Shown here one piece after another: positions 13,229 to 27,219 of a stretch of DNA of 64,000 bases (the first letter of the stretch is position 1; the number at the start of each line of letters is the position of its first letter). The stretch covers positions 18,538,001-18,602,000 of the forward strand of contig OZ024745.1 in assembly GCA_964016885.1 (NCBI GenBank), written 5' to 3'. The notes under the pieces are model-generated. The model did not search any database. It was not told the DNA's origin and saw nothing but the letters and a program-made list of their open reading frames with translations. Position numbers and translations under genes: made by a program. The stretch comes from Eledone cirrhosa (taxonomy: Eukaryota).

Positions 13229-13350
13229 AGGCAAAGTTAAAATCCCGTCGAGGTTAACTTTGCCTTTCATCCTACGGGGTCGATAAAATAAAGTACCAGT
13301 AATGTACTGGGTTTTTGCTGACCTTGTGCCAAAAGTAGAAACAACTATTT
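13229..13350 (+). mobile_element. SINE family 1, 5'-truncated
   Basis: Core TTTGCCTTTCATCCTACGGGGTCGATAAAATAAAGTACCAG and tail CCTTGTGCCAAAAGTAGAAAC. Confidence 0.75.
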
Positions 13351-13806
13351 TAATAACCTCTGTCATTTTCGTTTACAATTTTATTTACATCATTCTTAAA
13401 CTCCTAGGTGGAAATCATTCGGTTATTTTAAATAGAATATTCGTCTAACGACTCCATTTACACCATAAACTTGGTCTTGTCTTTGATGAAATAGTTCTTC
13501 TCGGTCCACATAACAACGTATTATCCTCACTTTTTTTCTGTTCATTACCAGGGAACGTCTTCACGAACCAAAATATCCTCTTCCTGTTTTACTTCGGTTG
13601 CAACGTTTCTCGAAATATTTAATTCTGCGTCCACAGATAGAATTTATTAGTTTCAGAAGATCCCGTTAATGTTGAAAGCAGCGATTCTTTGCTTAAACTT
13701 TCTTTCTTTCTCAACCCCTCTGCCTTTTTTCTACCCTCTCTCTCTCTCACTCATACCCCTCTCTCTCTCTCTCTTCCTCCTACAGAATGGAGAACAATAA
13801 AGAACG

Positions 13807-13845
<39 letters not shown>

Positions 13846-14519
13846 ATATATATATGTGTTTGTGTGTGTGTGTGAACCAGCGTTCGTCGCCATTCTCTCT
13901 CTCTCTGACTCTCTATCTGATTATCTTGTATCTCTCTCTGTATAACCACCTATCTCACTCTTTCTCTCTTTACATCCCCCTTTCTCTCTTTAGATGTATG
14001 TGTATATGTGTGTGTGATATATATAGAGAGAGAGTTGCAACATGTATGTAGTTTCATAGATTTTTGAGGGTATAAACAGAGCATATAAATAAATTTACAG
14101 TAGAATATAGTTTAAATATACACATAAACTACAATATTAAAGAAAATGCAAAGGAAGGGGTGAACAACGGAGCCAACACCAGGGCAAAAGACAGCAACGT
14201 CGCGAGTACTGGGCAACCTCTCTAATTTTGAGGCAAGCCAGCACACTGGCAGCGTTGCCTCGGTGATGGCGAGGCTGATGCGCTGAAATATTGTTTTTAA
14301 AGACTTTTTAATGGAAATGAAGCAAAATGAAAGCTTAATGTTGAAACTTCGAACTCGTGAATTTTGCAGGTTAAAATTTTGCTGGCCCGAAAACTGTTCG
14401 CGTATTTTTGTACTTTTGCACGTTTATTCGTAATGTAAATAGATAAAGAAATGACGCCATAAAAGGGAAATAACTCGTCTCTCATCTCTATTTATACATT
14501 TGAACTGAAAAATTAATAC

Positions 14520-14706
14520 ATTACAAATTCTATTTTTCCACTTGGCGTGGGTCGATTTGAAAAATCTTTTGACCGATGTCTCCGCCGGACCTTCATCTAT
14601 AAGTGTAGCAATTTCACTGAAATTTGAACGTACGGTTTAAGAGGAGATGTGTTTTAGTAGACAGACGGACAGACGGACAGAGAACCTCAGTTTTATATAT
14701 ATAGAT
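14520..14706 (+). mobile_element. Possible DINE-1/HINE-like Helentron derivative, 3' part
   Basis: AATTTCACTGAAATTTG...GGTTTAAGAGGAG, (CAGACGGA)n microsatellite and terminal TTTTATATATATAGAT. Confidence 0.45.
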
Positions 14707-15879
14707 ATATATAAGATTGATGAAACCTGGTATAAAAATTCAAAGTTTTAGAGCTCTCATTCAGGCTGAAAATTAAGTACCCATTAAGGGGTTTATTCGA
14801 TTGCATCAACTTGAATAAACATATTTCTAATTTGGTGCGTAATTTCTTGATCTCTGTATTACTAATACAATATTACACTCTAAAATATCACTAAAATACA
14901 CACTATATTTGAAATATATGTATTGAGGTTGATGTGCTCTACTGTACTTGACTAAACCCCCTTAGCGGCGATGCCCTAGTAATACCGCAGTCTAATCAAT
15001 AAAAACAGTAAAAGAATAGCAGAATAATATCCATGCCATTATACGTCATATAAACTAGTGGAGTTGGCCATCGCATTACTAGACCGTAGGTGTATCAATT
15101 ACTTAATGTCTTCCCATAACGCTAACTTAGTTTCCTATGTTTATCAATTTCCAGACTAATATTGTTTTCAAAGCGACACAAGTATGAAGAACCTATATTT
15201 ATTTGGGGGGAGGGAAATGTCATATTTGGACTCCAGCAAGTGAAACAATGTAAACAGAAGTATTATTTAAATCGTAAAATGCATCAGACGTAGAAATAGT
15301 ATAATTGAAATAACAAACACGATCCAAACAGTGCAAAAAAATAATAGAGAAAAGAAAGCTTGCTACTACATTATATTATATAGAAAAGATAAAAGTTATA
15401 AACAGAATTATAAACACGACAATATCTAAAGTAAGCAACAGTGGGAAAATATTGAAACTATGCACAAAAAACAAACAATCAAGTGAACCTTAACACACTT
15501 TCACTATTCTGAGAAAGCGAAGCCGTTTCATTCAAACAGCATTGACAAAATTCTCATTTCATACAGTAGAAATATAATGGGAAAAAAAAGATAAAAGACC
15601 AAAACTCTTTAGCAACCATAATTCTCATGACTAAAAACGAAACAAAAAAAATAATAATAGATTGAAATAGAATATCTTACTTTCCTGTCTAGTCTATAGA
15701 GAATTTGCAGCTATTCTTGCACATATATGACCAAGATAAAATCAATATGCTGTCAGAATACATGGGTTTACATAAAATTAATAGCCAAGGACTATACAGT
15801 ATATCGCTTTACGTTCAAATCACAGCATCGTTGTGGCCTTCATCCATTTGATGTCAATTCACTTGGTTGTAGTCCTCTT

Positions 15880-16035
15880 CGGGTGGCGAATTGACAGAGT
15901 TATTAGAACGTCGGTTAGAATGCTTTGCAATATTTGTTTTGGCTCTCTGTTCTCTGAGTTCAAATTCTGCCGAGTTCAACATTGTCTTTCATCAATCAGA
16001 TCGATAATAAAAGTACCAGACTCACACGGGGTTTG
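15880..16035 (+). mobile_element. SINE family 1-related copy (diverged)
   Basis: GTTCTCTGAGTTCAAATTCTGCCGAG...TTTCATC...TCGATAATAAAAGTACCAG. Confidence 0.65.
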
Positions 16036-17129
16036 ATTCTTCTTTATATATCTTTCTCGCTTCCTTTCTGTCACTTTCTATCCTTCTCTGGGAGAAATCT
16101 GTTGTATTCAGACCTGGAGAGGTGATGTGCTCCACCAAGTTTAGAATAAATACCCTAGAAATTCCTTATATCAATCCAGCGTCCCTAAGACACCCTCAGG
16201 GGTTAAGGAACCATCCTTCCATCCGTAGCCCTCTGCTGTTGATCCCTGTCATAATGCTAGTAACCTACGGGAGCTATTGCTGTTGTCCAAGGAAAGAGAT
16301 CAGGGGTAGAATACAGCACATCAGTGAGTCTGCGGTTGTAGATTGTTGATCAATGACTTTCTGCTAATGATCATGTCAATCTACAGTGCTTTTATGTTTT
16401 GTATAGCAGCAATAATTTACAAGGATTATGAGCAACATACGTATCTATTGTAACACCTGTAGATAGTTCGAAATTGATGAGAGGTATTGCCATTCCTTCC
16501 CTACTAAAGAGTAAATAAAATGCTGAGAAGGTTTTGTAGCATGAACTCAAGGAAGTACTCACTGGAGGTCCATAACACACGGAACTTTGTAGATTTCGAG
16601 GGGAAGGTGGGATTCTCGGTCTACCGGAAGGGAACCTCTTCAGATCACATAATTTCTCTCTTTCCTTATCTATCTTTAATTTTCTCACTTTCGTGGGGTT
16701 AAATTTTCTAGGATTGGGTGACGGCTTCTTTTTCTCAATTCCCTATACTGGCTGCAACAATGTGGCATGCCTGAAAGCTTTCTATGTCATCTTAATTGAT
16801 ACAAGATGATGGGCTGGACTGGTTGTGACAAGGAAGAAAATCCATGAGCTTTGACATAGGGTGCTCAGTGTAAAAGCTGTTTTCTACCATGTTTATAGTC
16901 GTTCTCAGTAATGGTACACGTAGATCTTTTGAGTGAGAAACCGCGAGATCTGTTAATATGCCTGATTCATCTCTCATTCACTTTCTCCATCTTCTGGAAG
17001 GATGAGAGAAGAGGTAGTGTGTGTGTGAATTTCTGTATTAATAATGGTGGCTGCAGCGGTGGCTGATTATACTGTTTTTATGCTAGTTGAATGCATAAAG
17101 TCTAATGTCTGTCTCGAGCATTCAACAGG

Positions 17130-17385
17130 CTGGTGCTCATACCGGATTCCATGACTTTAAGTAACTGAGAGTACAATACACCCATCTGAATTGGACACTA
17201 CTCCATTGCAGGATGGAACCTCCAGCTACTGTGGGAATTCATCTTCAGCTGAGCATACTGGAGCAACGTGAAATGAAGTGTTTTTCTCAAGAACACAACA
17301 CACAGGACCCAGTCCAAGAATCGAACACATGACGATGTGATCGTAGGTTCAACACACTTGCCACAAGGCCACGTACCTCTACTTG
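17130..17385 (-). mobile_element. SINE family 2 (tRNA-like head with CORE-like domain)
   Basis: Minus strand has GTTCGATTC (B-box-like) followed by GTGTTGTGTTCTTGAGAAAAACACTTCATTTCACGTTGCTCCAGT. Confidence 0.55.
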
Positions 17386-17668
17386 TTAGTATGCCATTGT
17401 GATGTATTTCCTTCAATTCTCTACCTGAAATCTTGCCATATCTCCACAAAACATTCCACTCCCCGTGGATTTCTCATGATTTCACTAATCAGCTCTTATT
17501 CATTGACAGCGCATAACATAGATTTTAATCATTCGTATAATATTATATATATACATATATATACTATATTAACAAATGGAAACTATATTTATAAAACCAT
17601 ATCTATTTTATTATACATATTTCAAGGATACCATGTTAAATTATGGTATGCTTTCATCAGACAAAATA

Positions 17669-17817
17669 CAATATATAGCAGTTTTATAAATAAATATTGA
17701 CATACCCTTTCAAAATGCAACCGTTACTTTTGGAAAACATCCCTGATGTCTTCCAAAAGTAACGGTTGCATTTTGAAAGAGTATGTCAATATTTATTTAT
17801 AAAACTGGTATATATTG
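17669..17817. repeat. Near-perfect ~150-bp palindrome with a 3-nt loop near 17743
   Basis: Arms of ~73 bp are reverse complements with a few mismatches. Confidence 0.92.
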
Positions 17818-18540
17818 GAAGGGGACCAGAACCAACTGGACGAAAGAATTGAATAGAACTGTTATGCAATGTTACCTGAAGAGTAAGCCCAAGGGAAAAG
17901 GCTATAGGAAACGGATGCATAACATCTGGAACGAGATTGGTCTATTTAAATTAGATGAACAAAAATTGGCCGGGCAGGCTCGGGTAATAAGAACTAATGG
18001 GTGAATAAGCAAGCTAGAACTGGAGGAACTGAGCAGAGAGATTAGGTTGGAAATGGAGAGTGGAGTATGCCAGGCAAACGAGCCAGTGGGAAATGAAGGT
18101 GAAAAGGTTGAGAGAATGAAGGAACCATCCGAAGCAGACAATGATCTGAATGCTGAAATAAATAATACCTGGAACAAAGATACGGCCATTGAGGAGATGA
18201 ATGCTGACGGGCTAGGACAAGATTTGGTTGATATCCTAAACTTAGTGGTAGATGAAATGAACAATGATAGTGGGAAACCTATGAACCTAAGATTGTAGAC
18301 AGGAAAAAGTTAAAAGAAACAACAGCTAAGGTAAACAAAGTCATCCCATACCTTGAGGCGAGGAGCCTTCACCAGTGCAACAATATCCTCAAAGCAACAG
18401 CAAATGCGGTGAGGAAATTACTTGGCATAAAGGCGAGAGGAAACAACAAACAAGAAAGATCACAACCTTGGTGGAAGAAACGTCTGATTGGTCAAATGAG
18501 GGAAATGAGAAATGACATTGGAAAGCTTGAAAGTGTAGTT
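17818..18540 (+). pseudogene. N-terminal fragment of an R4/Dong-like ORF
   Basis: NWTKELNRTVMQCYLKSKP..GYRKRMHNIW..FKLDEQKLAGQARVIRTNG*ISKLELEEL and downstream QPWWKKRL..MRNDIGKLE resemble the pre-RT region of R4/Dong-type ORFs. In-frame stops are present. Confidence 0.65.
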
Positions 18541-18972
18541 TCACTGAATTACTAAAGCTGATAGCAAAACAATTGATGCTTTGGATAGAATCAATTAGTG
18601 GTCGTTAGACATGCTCAAACAACCGTGACGCCTAAAGCAATCAGCTTTTGTAATTCAGTGAAACTACACACCGATTGGTCGAAATACAGTTTGCAAGATT
18701 TAGCATTCTGAAGACACTTTTCACTGTATATAAGGTACACAATTTACCCATCTCATTACAGTTAAAAATTGCAAACTTGACTGTCACCACACATTATGAA
18801 CCTGAAGATTGCGAAAGCATGAAAGTACTTGTTCAATTAACACTTAACATTTAATATTCTATCATACTATTTCATTATAATACCATTATAAATTTTAAAG
18901 GATTGTAAATAAAACAAGTAAATCAGACAAAATTGGAATTCCTCTTATTAATATATATATATATATATATAT

Positions 18973-19615
18973 ATTATGAAGAGAGAAGAAACATTTAGAT
19001 ATAATTAGTAATAAAATGTATCATACCTAAACTGTTCCTAAATTCCTCGACTACGTAGTTTCGTGGCATAAACAAAAACAATATATCAAAGATATAGAGT
19101 CCTTGCGAGGTCTGCCGACTTATCAAGAGGATACCTCATTTTACTAGTCTCAAGAACGCGTCTACACGACGTGAGAAAGAATCCCAAAAGGCGGAGGGGA
19201 GACAGTCACGCGATATAACGGTCGAGAAACAGAGCTAAGCCTCTTATAACCACGAAGAAAATACCACGGAGGCGGAGGGGGCATTCATATCGAGGCCGTA
19301 GAAGAGGTAGTGAAGAAGGCGAGAAGTATGAGTAATGGAAGCTTTCCAGTTGTCCCCACACTTCAAAGATTGCTCGACCAGAGGGAGTTATTAATATATT
19401 TAGAAACACACAGATACATGCGGACACACACATATATACATGAATGCATCCGCACCCAACTGTGAGTTAAGGGTGCCAACTTCACCGATGTTGCTCAATG
19501 AATGACTGGGACAGACCAATTCAGTTTGAACCAGACCGAACCAGTATCAGAGTTAAAAATACATTATGAAGAGAGAAGAAACATTTAGATATAATTAGTA
19601 ATAAAATGTATCATA
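18973..19615 (-). mobile_element. PLE terminal-repeat-like unit bounded by ~52-bp direct repeats; hammerhead-like motif at 19045-19130
   Basis: ATTATGAAGAGAGAAGAAACATTTAGATATAATTAGTAATAAAATGTATCATA occurs at 18973 and 19563. Minus strand: CCTC-TTGATAA-GTCGGCA...TGCCAC-GAAA-CTACGTAG-TC-GAGG. Confidence 0.6.
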
Positions 19616-19911
19616 TATATATATATATATATATATATAGTAATAATAATAAATTTGAAGACTAAAATCCAAAGAGAGCTCGATAAGGATAAATATATAT
19701 TAAATATATAAGAACCGTAGACCAAACATTTATTAAAATAACAGATTAAAGTTTAAGCAAAGAATCGCTGCTTTCACCCTTAACTTTAATCTGTTATTTT
19801 AATAAATATATATATATATATATATATTTATTCCTAACAAGCTCATATGTCCCAAGGCTCTGATACCATCAACACTATACACACAGAGCTGGCATATCTA
19901 AGAAATGACTA

Positions 19912-19967
19912 ACTGCCTGATGAGGTCATAGCCATTCAATGGCTATCATCGAAATATATATGGCAGT
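19912..19967 (+). ncRNA. Hammerhead-like motif (CTGATGA core)
   Basis: ACTGC-CTGATGA-..ATAGCCA ttcaa TGGCTAT..-GAAA-TATATA..-GCAGT; helix III register is imperfect. Confidence 0.5.
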
Positions 19968-20008
19968 AAATAAAGGATTAGGAGTTCATGCAATTGACTT
20001 ATGTTTCG

Positions 20009-20935
<927 letters not shown>

Positions 20936-22179
20936 CTCACCATATTTATGATAATGATTGTTCTTGTGGTGGTAAAGGTGTTATTGTTACTGTTGTTATT
21001 GTTTTATTTTTTTGTGATGGTTGTCGTGTTGTCAAAATTACAATTCGGTGTATTCATAATTTATTGCTTATTTCCTGAGTTTTGTTGTTGTTCTTCTTCT
21101 TCTTGTTGCAGTGATGGTGGCAGGAGCGTCGTCGGCATCGTTAGTCTTTTGTATTCTGGTTGTTATCTACAAAATCTAGCATGCTTTTTTGAGTAGTCGT
21201 ACGCTTTCACATTTCTGTTTGGTCCATTGTACGGAAAGCATCATCCACTCTGGAAATAGTTTGTAAATGTATGTTTCTGATAGAAAACCGTTTGATAAAT
21301 ATGATATATAATGGTAGATATCAGGGAAGCATAAACTAGAGTACAACAACACTGGGAAATTGTATTGGATAAAAGATATTTATTTTACTATAACATACTG
21401 TTGTAAATACGATCAAGACAATGTGATATCTGACATAATATAAATTGAAATAGAAATAAATAATTGTCTAATTATACTATAGATAAACCAAAGTGTCTCC
21501 TTTCTGTCATGTCTGACCATAGGTTTGCACGCGGGACTGACTGATCTTGGCTTGCCTCTCCAAAGCACAAGAAATGACAGGGTTTGCGGAGGAAGACCTG
21601 TAGTTACTGAAGGACAGAAGGTGTTGCTGAGACTGGAAATCATACTTATGACCTTACGATCGTGAACCCAGCATCTTAACCACTAAGCGCCGTTCTTTCG
21701 CATACCATACACCAATAAGATTAGTCTATAGTATTAGTATCATACGAGGATTATTGCAATGGTTTTATAAATCAGCGAAATGAATTATTATGCAAACAAA
21801 ATTACAAGATGATGTGTGAATAATCTCTCGCGTAATTTACCTCAGTTAGAAGGAAGTTGAAGTGATAATCAGTATATAGCTATAGAATATTTCTACAATT
21901 CTGTATCTGAGAATAATATCTTATCGATATAATACAACACGCTATTGCAACTGAACCATCTTGATAATTTATCATCAACAAGAGAATGTGTTACGTATAA
22001 TTTCCATCTCTAGAGGTTTGATAAGTAAAGCTAAACATTTCAGTAGGACTAGATTGTTTATCCGACATTCTTCCTAACATTCAGATAACGCATTTTCTTT
22101 CCCGCCGCCCTATTCTTCCTTTTCTCTCTCGTCCTCTTTTTCTGACACCCTTTGACTATATGTGTGTTTGTGAATTTAA

Positions 22180-22286
<107 letters not shown>

Positions 22287-22330
22287 TGTTTAAAGAGAGA
22301 GAGATAGTTATATATATATATATATATATA

Positions 22331-22835
22331 TTTAAAAGAAACCAAAGAACGCTTACATACTCAAACAGTTTTTATTTGCTTACAATGTTTCATCCATACC
22401 GTTTGGTAGAATTCCTCAGAGCTTAATAAACACAATGCTGAGTATAAGCTCCACAAAGCCTAGTCACACGAACAATCGGAATGCAATAGAGAGTAAAGAT
22501 AGGGAGATCGGAGATGGCGAACAAGGAGAGGTACATGATCAGGTTGTTAAGTACCACAGCTAAATGCCAGGGCACAAGCAGATTTCACATAATGCAGATA
22601 CAATTGATGGCACACAAAAACAAAAAATACAGGCAATGGTTAAAACATAATAAAAAATAATAATATAATAATAAAAAAATAAAATAAAAAATAAAAAAAA
22701 TAAAAGGAAGATAATATAAAGAGATAAAAAGTAAAAAGTTAACATTTATTTTTTTAAGATTTTAAAAAAAGAAAATGAAACGTTGTAAGCAAATAAAAAC
22801 TGAGTATGTAAGCGTTCTTTGGTTGCTTTTACATA
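22331..22835. mobile_element. PLE-like remnant with ~60-bp inverted ends; canonical hammerhead at 22378-22422 (-)
   Basis: 22331-22393 is the reverse complement of ~22775-22835. Minus strand: GCT-CTGAGGA-ATTCTACC aaac GGTATGGAT-GAAA-CATTG-TA-AGC. Confidence 0.65.
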
Positions 22836-23172
22836 TAATGGCTCTGTTCTTATACATTGAGCTAACACAATACTGTCATAATAGAACACGGTGCATGTGT
22901 GTTTATGCACATATGCTCCGTGCTATACGTAAATAAATATATATATATATATCATTTATGTTAGGTTATTTAACAATGGGTAGAACTGGTTGTTCGGGTT
23001 GGTAAAAGATGATGTCATAAATTAATTAAAGCACTCAACATTATGCAAACCATCCATCGTAGATGTGGTATCCAGTGGTTGGTGCAGGAACGGAGAAAAG
23101 TATTCATTAAAACAACTTTAGCACTGGGCCATCGAAATATGTGTCGGTATTTCGCGAGATTAAAATGCTAAA

Positions 23173-23212
<40 letters not shown>

Positions 23213-24329
23213 GTAATTTTGAAGAACAGTCAGACAAAATATATCCAATTGTTCTTCTCCCTAGTCCGTAGAAATTAACTAGATAAATAATCATTTAAAC
23301 GGAGCTAAGTTTAAAATGTAACTTCGAAGAAATAACAGACTATCCTCTGTGAGGAACATCCAGATAACATTTACCGAGTCTTTCCTCTTAGTCCGTAGAA
23401 ATTAACCAGACAAATAATCAATTAAACGTAGCTAAGTCGAAAATGCAAGTTTGAAGAAAAATTGTATATAAACTTTACCAAAATTCTTCTAGTTCTGACT
23501 ATCGATAGTTTCGCCCGTACTTTGTGGATATGTCCAATCCTGGTATTATCTATGAGTCTTCGAGCATCTCAAGAGACTCCCTCAGTAGGACTAACATTTC
23601 TACAGTGATCGCCGCCAGAAATGAATTTAAAAGTGGTAAGAATCATCATGTGGCTAGTGGTCAAAGTAGAGGTGTGTGAAGGGTAGGCCGGATGGCAGGT
23701 AGGTTCACTGCTAGAAGGAGCAGTTAGTTACCGCCTAAGGTTTACTCAACCGAAAGGAAGTATAGAATAAATTCATAAGGATATATCTGTATATATTTAG
23801 ACATAGTCACAGATACATATATGAGTGTAGCTACCTTCTATGGTATGACTCAATGAAAAAGTTAATTAAGCAAATAATTATTAATCAGAGCTATAAAAAA
23901 TTATAATTTTGATGAACATATATATATATAGTTCTAATTACAGATATCATTTCGAAATTATTGATTGATTTTTCAATGTAGTTTCAAAAGCGATAATGTA
24001 CTTTTTTTTCTTTTGAAAGTAGAATCAGTATTTTTTTCTTCGTAATTCAATGCGGAGGAAGGGAAATCAGCACAAAAATAGAATTGGAAATTGGAAACTT
24101 AGACAATAAAGTTCTAGTCGTGAGATGCATGCATGGTCCCACAACACCCGAGGGAGACATAGGGGAGCCGTATTGACATATGGCGTTTCTCAGGCCATTT
24201 TCAACCTGGTGGGGCCCATCTACTCACCAGGTCTGATACAGCAAATTTCTTCCAGTGAAGGATAGAGGGTCAGAGAATAGAAGTGAGAAAGAGATACATA
24301 GGAAGAATCTATGCCAATAATAGACTGTT

Positions 24330-24430
24330 AATTTTTATCTACCTCGACCGGATGAAAGGTAAAGTTAACCTCGATGGGATTTGAACTCAGAGAGCAGAGT
24401 GAAGAAACGAATACTTCAAAACATTCTATC
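24330..24430 (-). mobile_element. SINE family 1 fragment
   Basis: GGATGAAAGGTAAAGTTAACCTCGATGGGATTTGAACTCAG. Confidence 0.65.
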
Positions 24431-24994
24431 CGACTCTGGCATTTTGCCACCTTGTCGTGAGTTGAAACTAGTCAATTTACTTGATCTCAAACAGGGAATA
24501 CATAGGGAAATAGAAATAACTTTAGACATGGTAGTAATTTTCACAAGAGAAATTTCAGTGGAATTATCTATCTCACCATTTGAATTACGGTGATGCGGAA
24601 TTTATAGATTCATGTGTTCAATAAAACAAGTTAATTTTCATTATATTCACTTTTGTCTTCTTCGTTGCAATTCTCGTATCATCTTCTGTATGGCCAGGTC
24701 GGGCACGAAATACATTTCTCTTCCTTTGGAATTATAGTCTGGATTACTGAATGTCAACATGTCAACTATTCCTTGACCTAGTGATAAGTGATGGGAAGAC
24801 AGAGCTGGGAATATTTCATATTTTAGAAAAGGTCAATTTAATTGGTCGGTCGATAACTACAGGTCCTTTCTGGAAGGAGTAGAATACTTCTATGTCGGGA
24901 ACTCAATTCTGTTAACTATAATGTTTTTTCTCTCTCGTTTATTTATTTTACTAGATATATCAAAAGATTATCTTATCTTCTAATACAATGTTAA

Positions 24995-25336
24995 TGTATT
25001 GGCAGTATCGGTAGAATGTCGGATAACAGGCTTTGAGGGATATAATTAAGTTCCGTTACGTTCTGAGTTCAAATGCCGCCGAGGTTAGCTTTGTCTTTCA
25101 TCCATACAGTGTCGATAAAATAAAGTACCAGTAATGCACTGCGGTCGATTTAATCGACCCCCCCCCCCCCCACACACACACACACTAAAAAAAGTTGCTG
25201 GCCTTGAACCTATATTATAAATCATGATTACAGGGTCGATAAGATAAAATACCGGTAAGGCACTGGGGGCGATTTAATTGGCTTTCACCCGCCACAAAAA
25301 TTGTTGGCCGTATGCGTAAATCAAAAAGAATTATTT
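24995..25336 (+). mobile_element. SINE family 1 copy plus a second 3' half in tandem
   Basis: Full copy at ~24995-25228, then GGGTCGATAAGATAAAATACCGGT...AATCAAAAAGAATTATT. Confidence 0.75.
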
Positions 25337-25340
25337 TCTA

Positions 25341-25374
<34 letters not shown>

Positions 25375-26408
25375 CACATATATATATATATAATTGGTGT
25401 TGGATGCTTAAAACGCCCGTATGCGGTAGGCTCTTTGAGCACTCGATGCTCTCACAGAAAAAAAGAGAATCAGCGTTGCGACGAATGGAATTCATTGGAC
25501 ATATTACAACCGTTTCTCTGGCGATCAGCTCGAGGCACGATCGATGTGATGATCGAACCTGACTCTGAAAATCGCAAAGTCCTCAGATACGTCTTGATTC
25601 TACGATTCTAGAATCAAAACGTAACTCGTGATTCTCTACATGATGTCTATGACACTGTTCTGAATGACTAGGATTTTATTCACTTGTTTAGACATTCCCT
25701 ATGCTCCGATGATTCCAGACTTCCCTCTGGAAGAAACAATTGTCAGCAAATAAATGTATTAAACTAAGATTTGATTGTTTTAACACTTTGTATCTCGGCT
25801 CTGTAAAACACTTGATAATTTGCTTTGAGCCTTTTGTCATACCGGTAACCGGATAGTACTTAGTACTACCCTCCATATTTATAATTGTATATTAAACATA
25901 TATAAGTACTGTTATTATTACTATATATATATAAAACACGCACCTGTTGGTTTTCGCTTCCATTTATTATAAATTTCCGGTTGGTTGGTTGGTTGGTTCG
26001 ATAACCGGATGGTTGTTCATATATTATCACACATTCTGTGACCTCCTCAGTGATTAAGTTGTTATTTTCTGTCTCTCCTTTGTTCTGTCCTACACCATCT
26101 TGTTTTTGTGTGATGTGTCACAACCAACCAAACGGAAATTTGTAATAAATTGAAGTGAAACCCAACAGGTGCGTGTGTATTTATTGGCAGCATGACCCTC
26201 CCAAATTATAACAATATAAGTTTCAACACACGTTTCAGATAAGAAATCTTGCAAAACAAATTCAAGAACTAAGTGTATTATATATATATATTCGCGCGCG
26301 CGCGCGCGCGCGCGTGTGTGTGTGTGTTTACTTTCTTTCAGCATTTCCTGATAGAGCGTATAATTAATAAGACATTTTGTACCTGTTAGTTGTCTCCTTG
26401 AACTATAC

Positions 26409-26494
<86 letters not shown>

Positions 26495-27219
26495 CACCAC
26501 TGTCGATGTTGCAGATGTGCAACGAAAGATTTGTGTAAATTATGCAAACTATATATATGTGTTTGTGTCTATATTGTATCTGTATCATTTTTGACCGTCG
26601 GTCAGTCAATGGTAACATTGAGGACCGAGTAAGTTAGATCGCAGATATAAAAGACAGCGAGAAGCGAAAACCAACCAAACAGTGAGTGTGTTCTGTTATT
26701 AATTCTGGCAATATTACGCAAATATGACCCTCCCCAAGTATAACAATATATATATATATATATATATATTGACGAAATCATTCGCAATAATGAGGGATGT
26801 TTGTAATCAGGATCAGGTGTTTTTCACTCTCATCTTGGAACAACTCAAGTCTTCCTCATAATTGAAATATCAGACTGTTCAAATATTGTATCACACTGAT
26901 GCTGATCTGGAATCAGTTTAATGAATGAAATATATGTGGAATATTCCTCCATCATACTATTATTCCCAACAGATTGTACATGCAAATGAAAGATTTTGCG
27001 TTGTAGTATATCTTGATAATTATATTCAAGCTACACATAGATGGCATATTTAACCAGCTCCACTTTACTTTAATGAGCAAGACGTTATATTCATGGCATT
27101 AGAGTCCTTAATAGAACGAATTCCACTCCGACAAAACTGGCAATCTATATTAAGTAGAGCGCAGTACTTACCATCAACTGCTACATAATGCTGTAACTAA
27201 GGATTACCGTAAAACTAAT

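Noticed and set aside
16040-17000. Possible gene or LINE coding fragment; part is shared in reverse with ~24215-24310
   Set aside because: It is a dispersed repeat, but too decayed to classify by eye.
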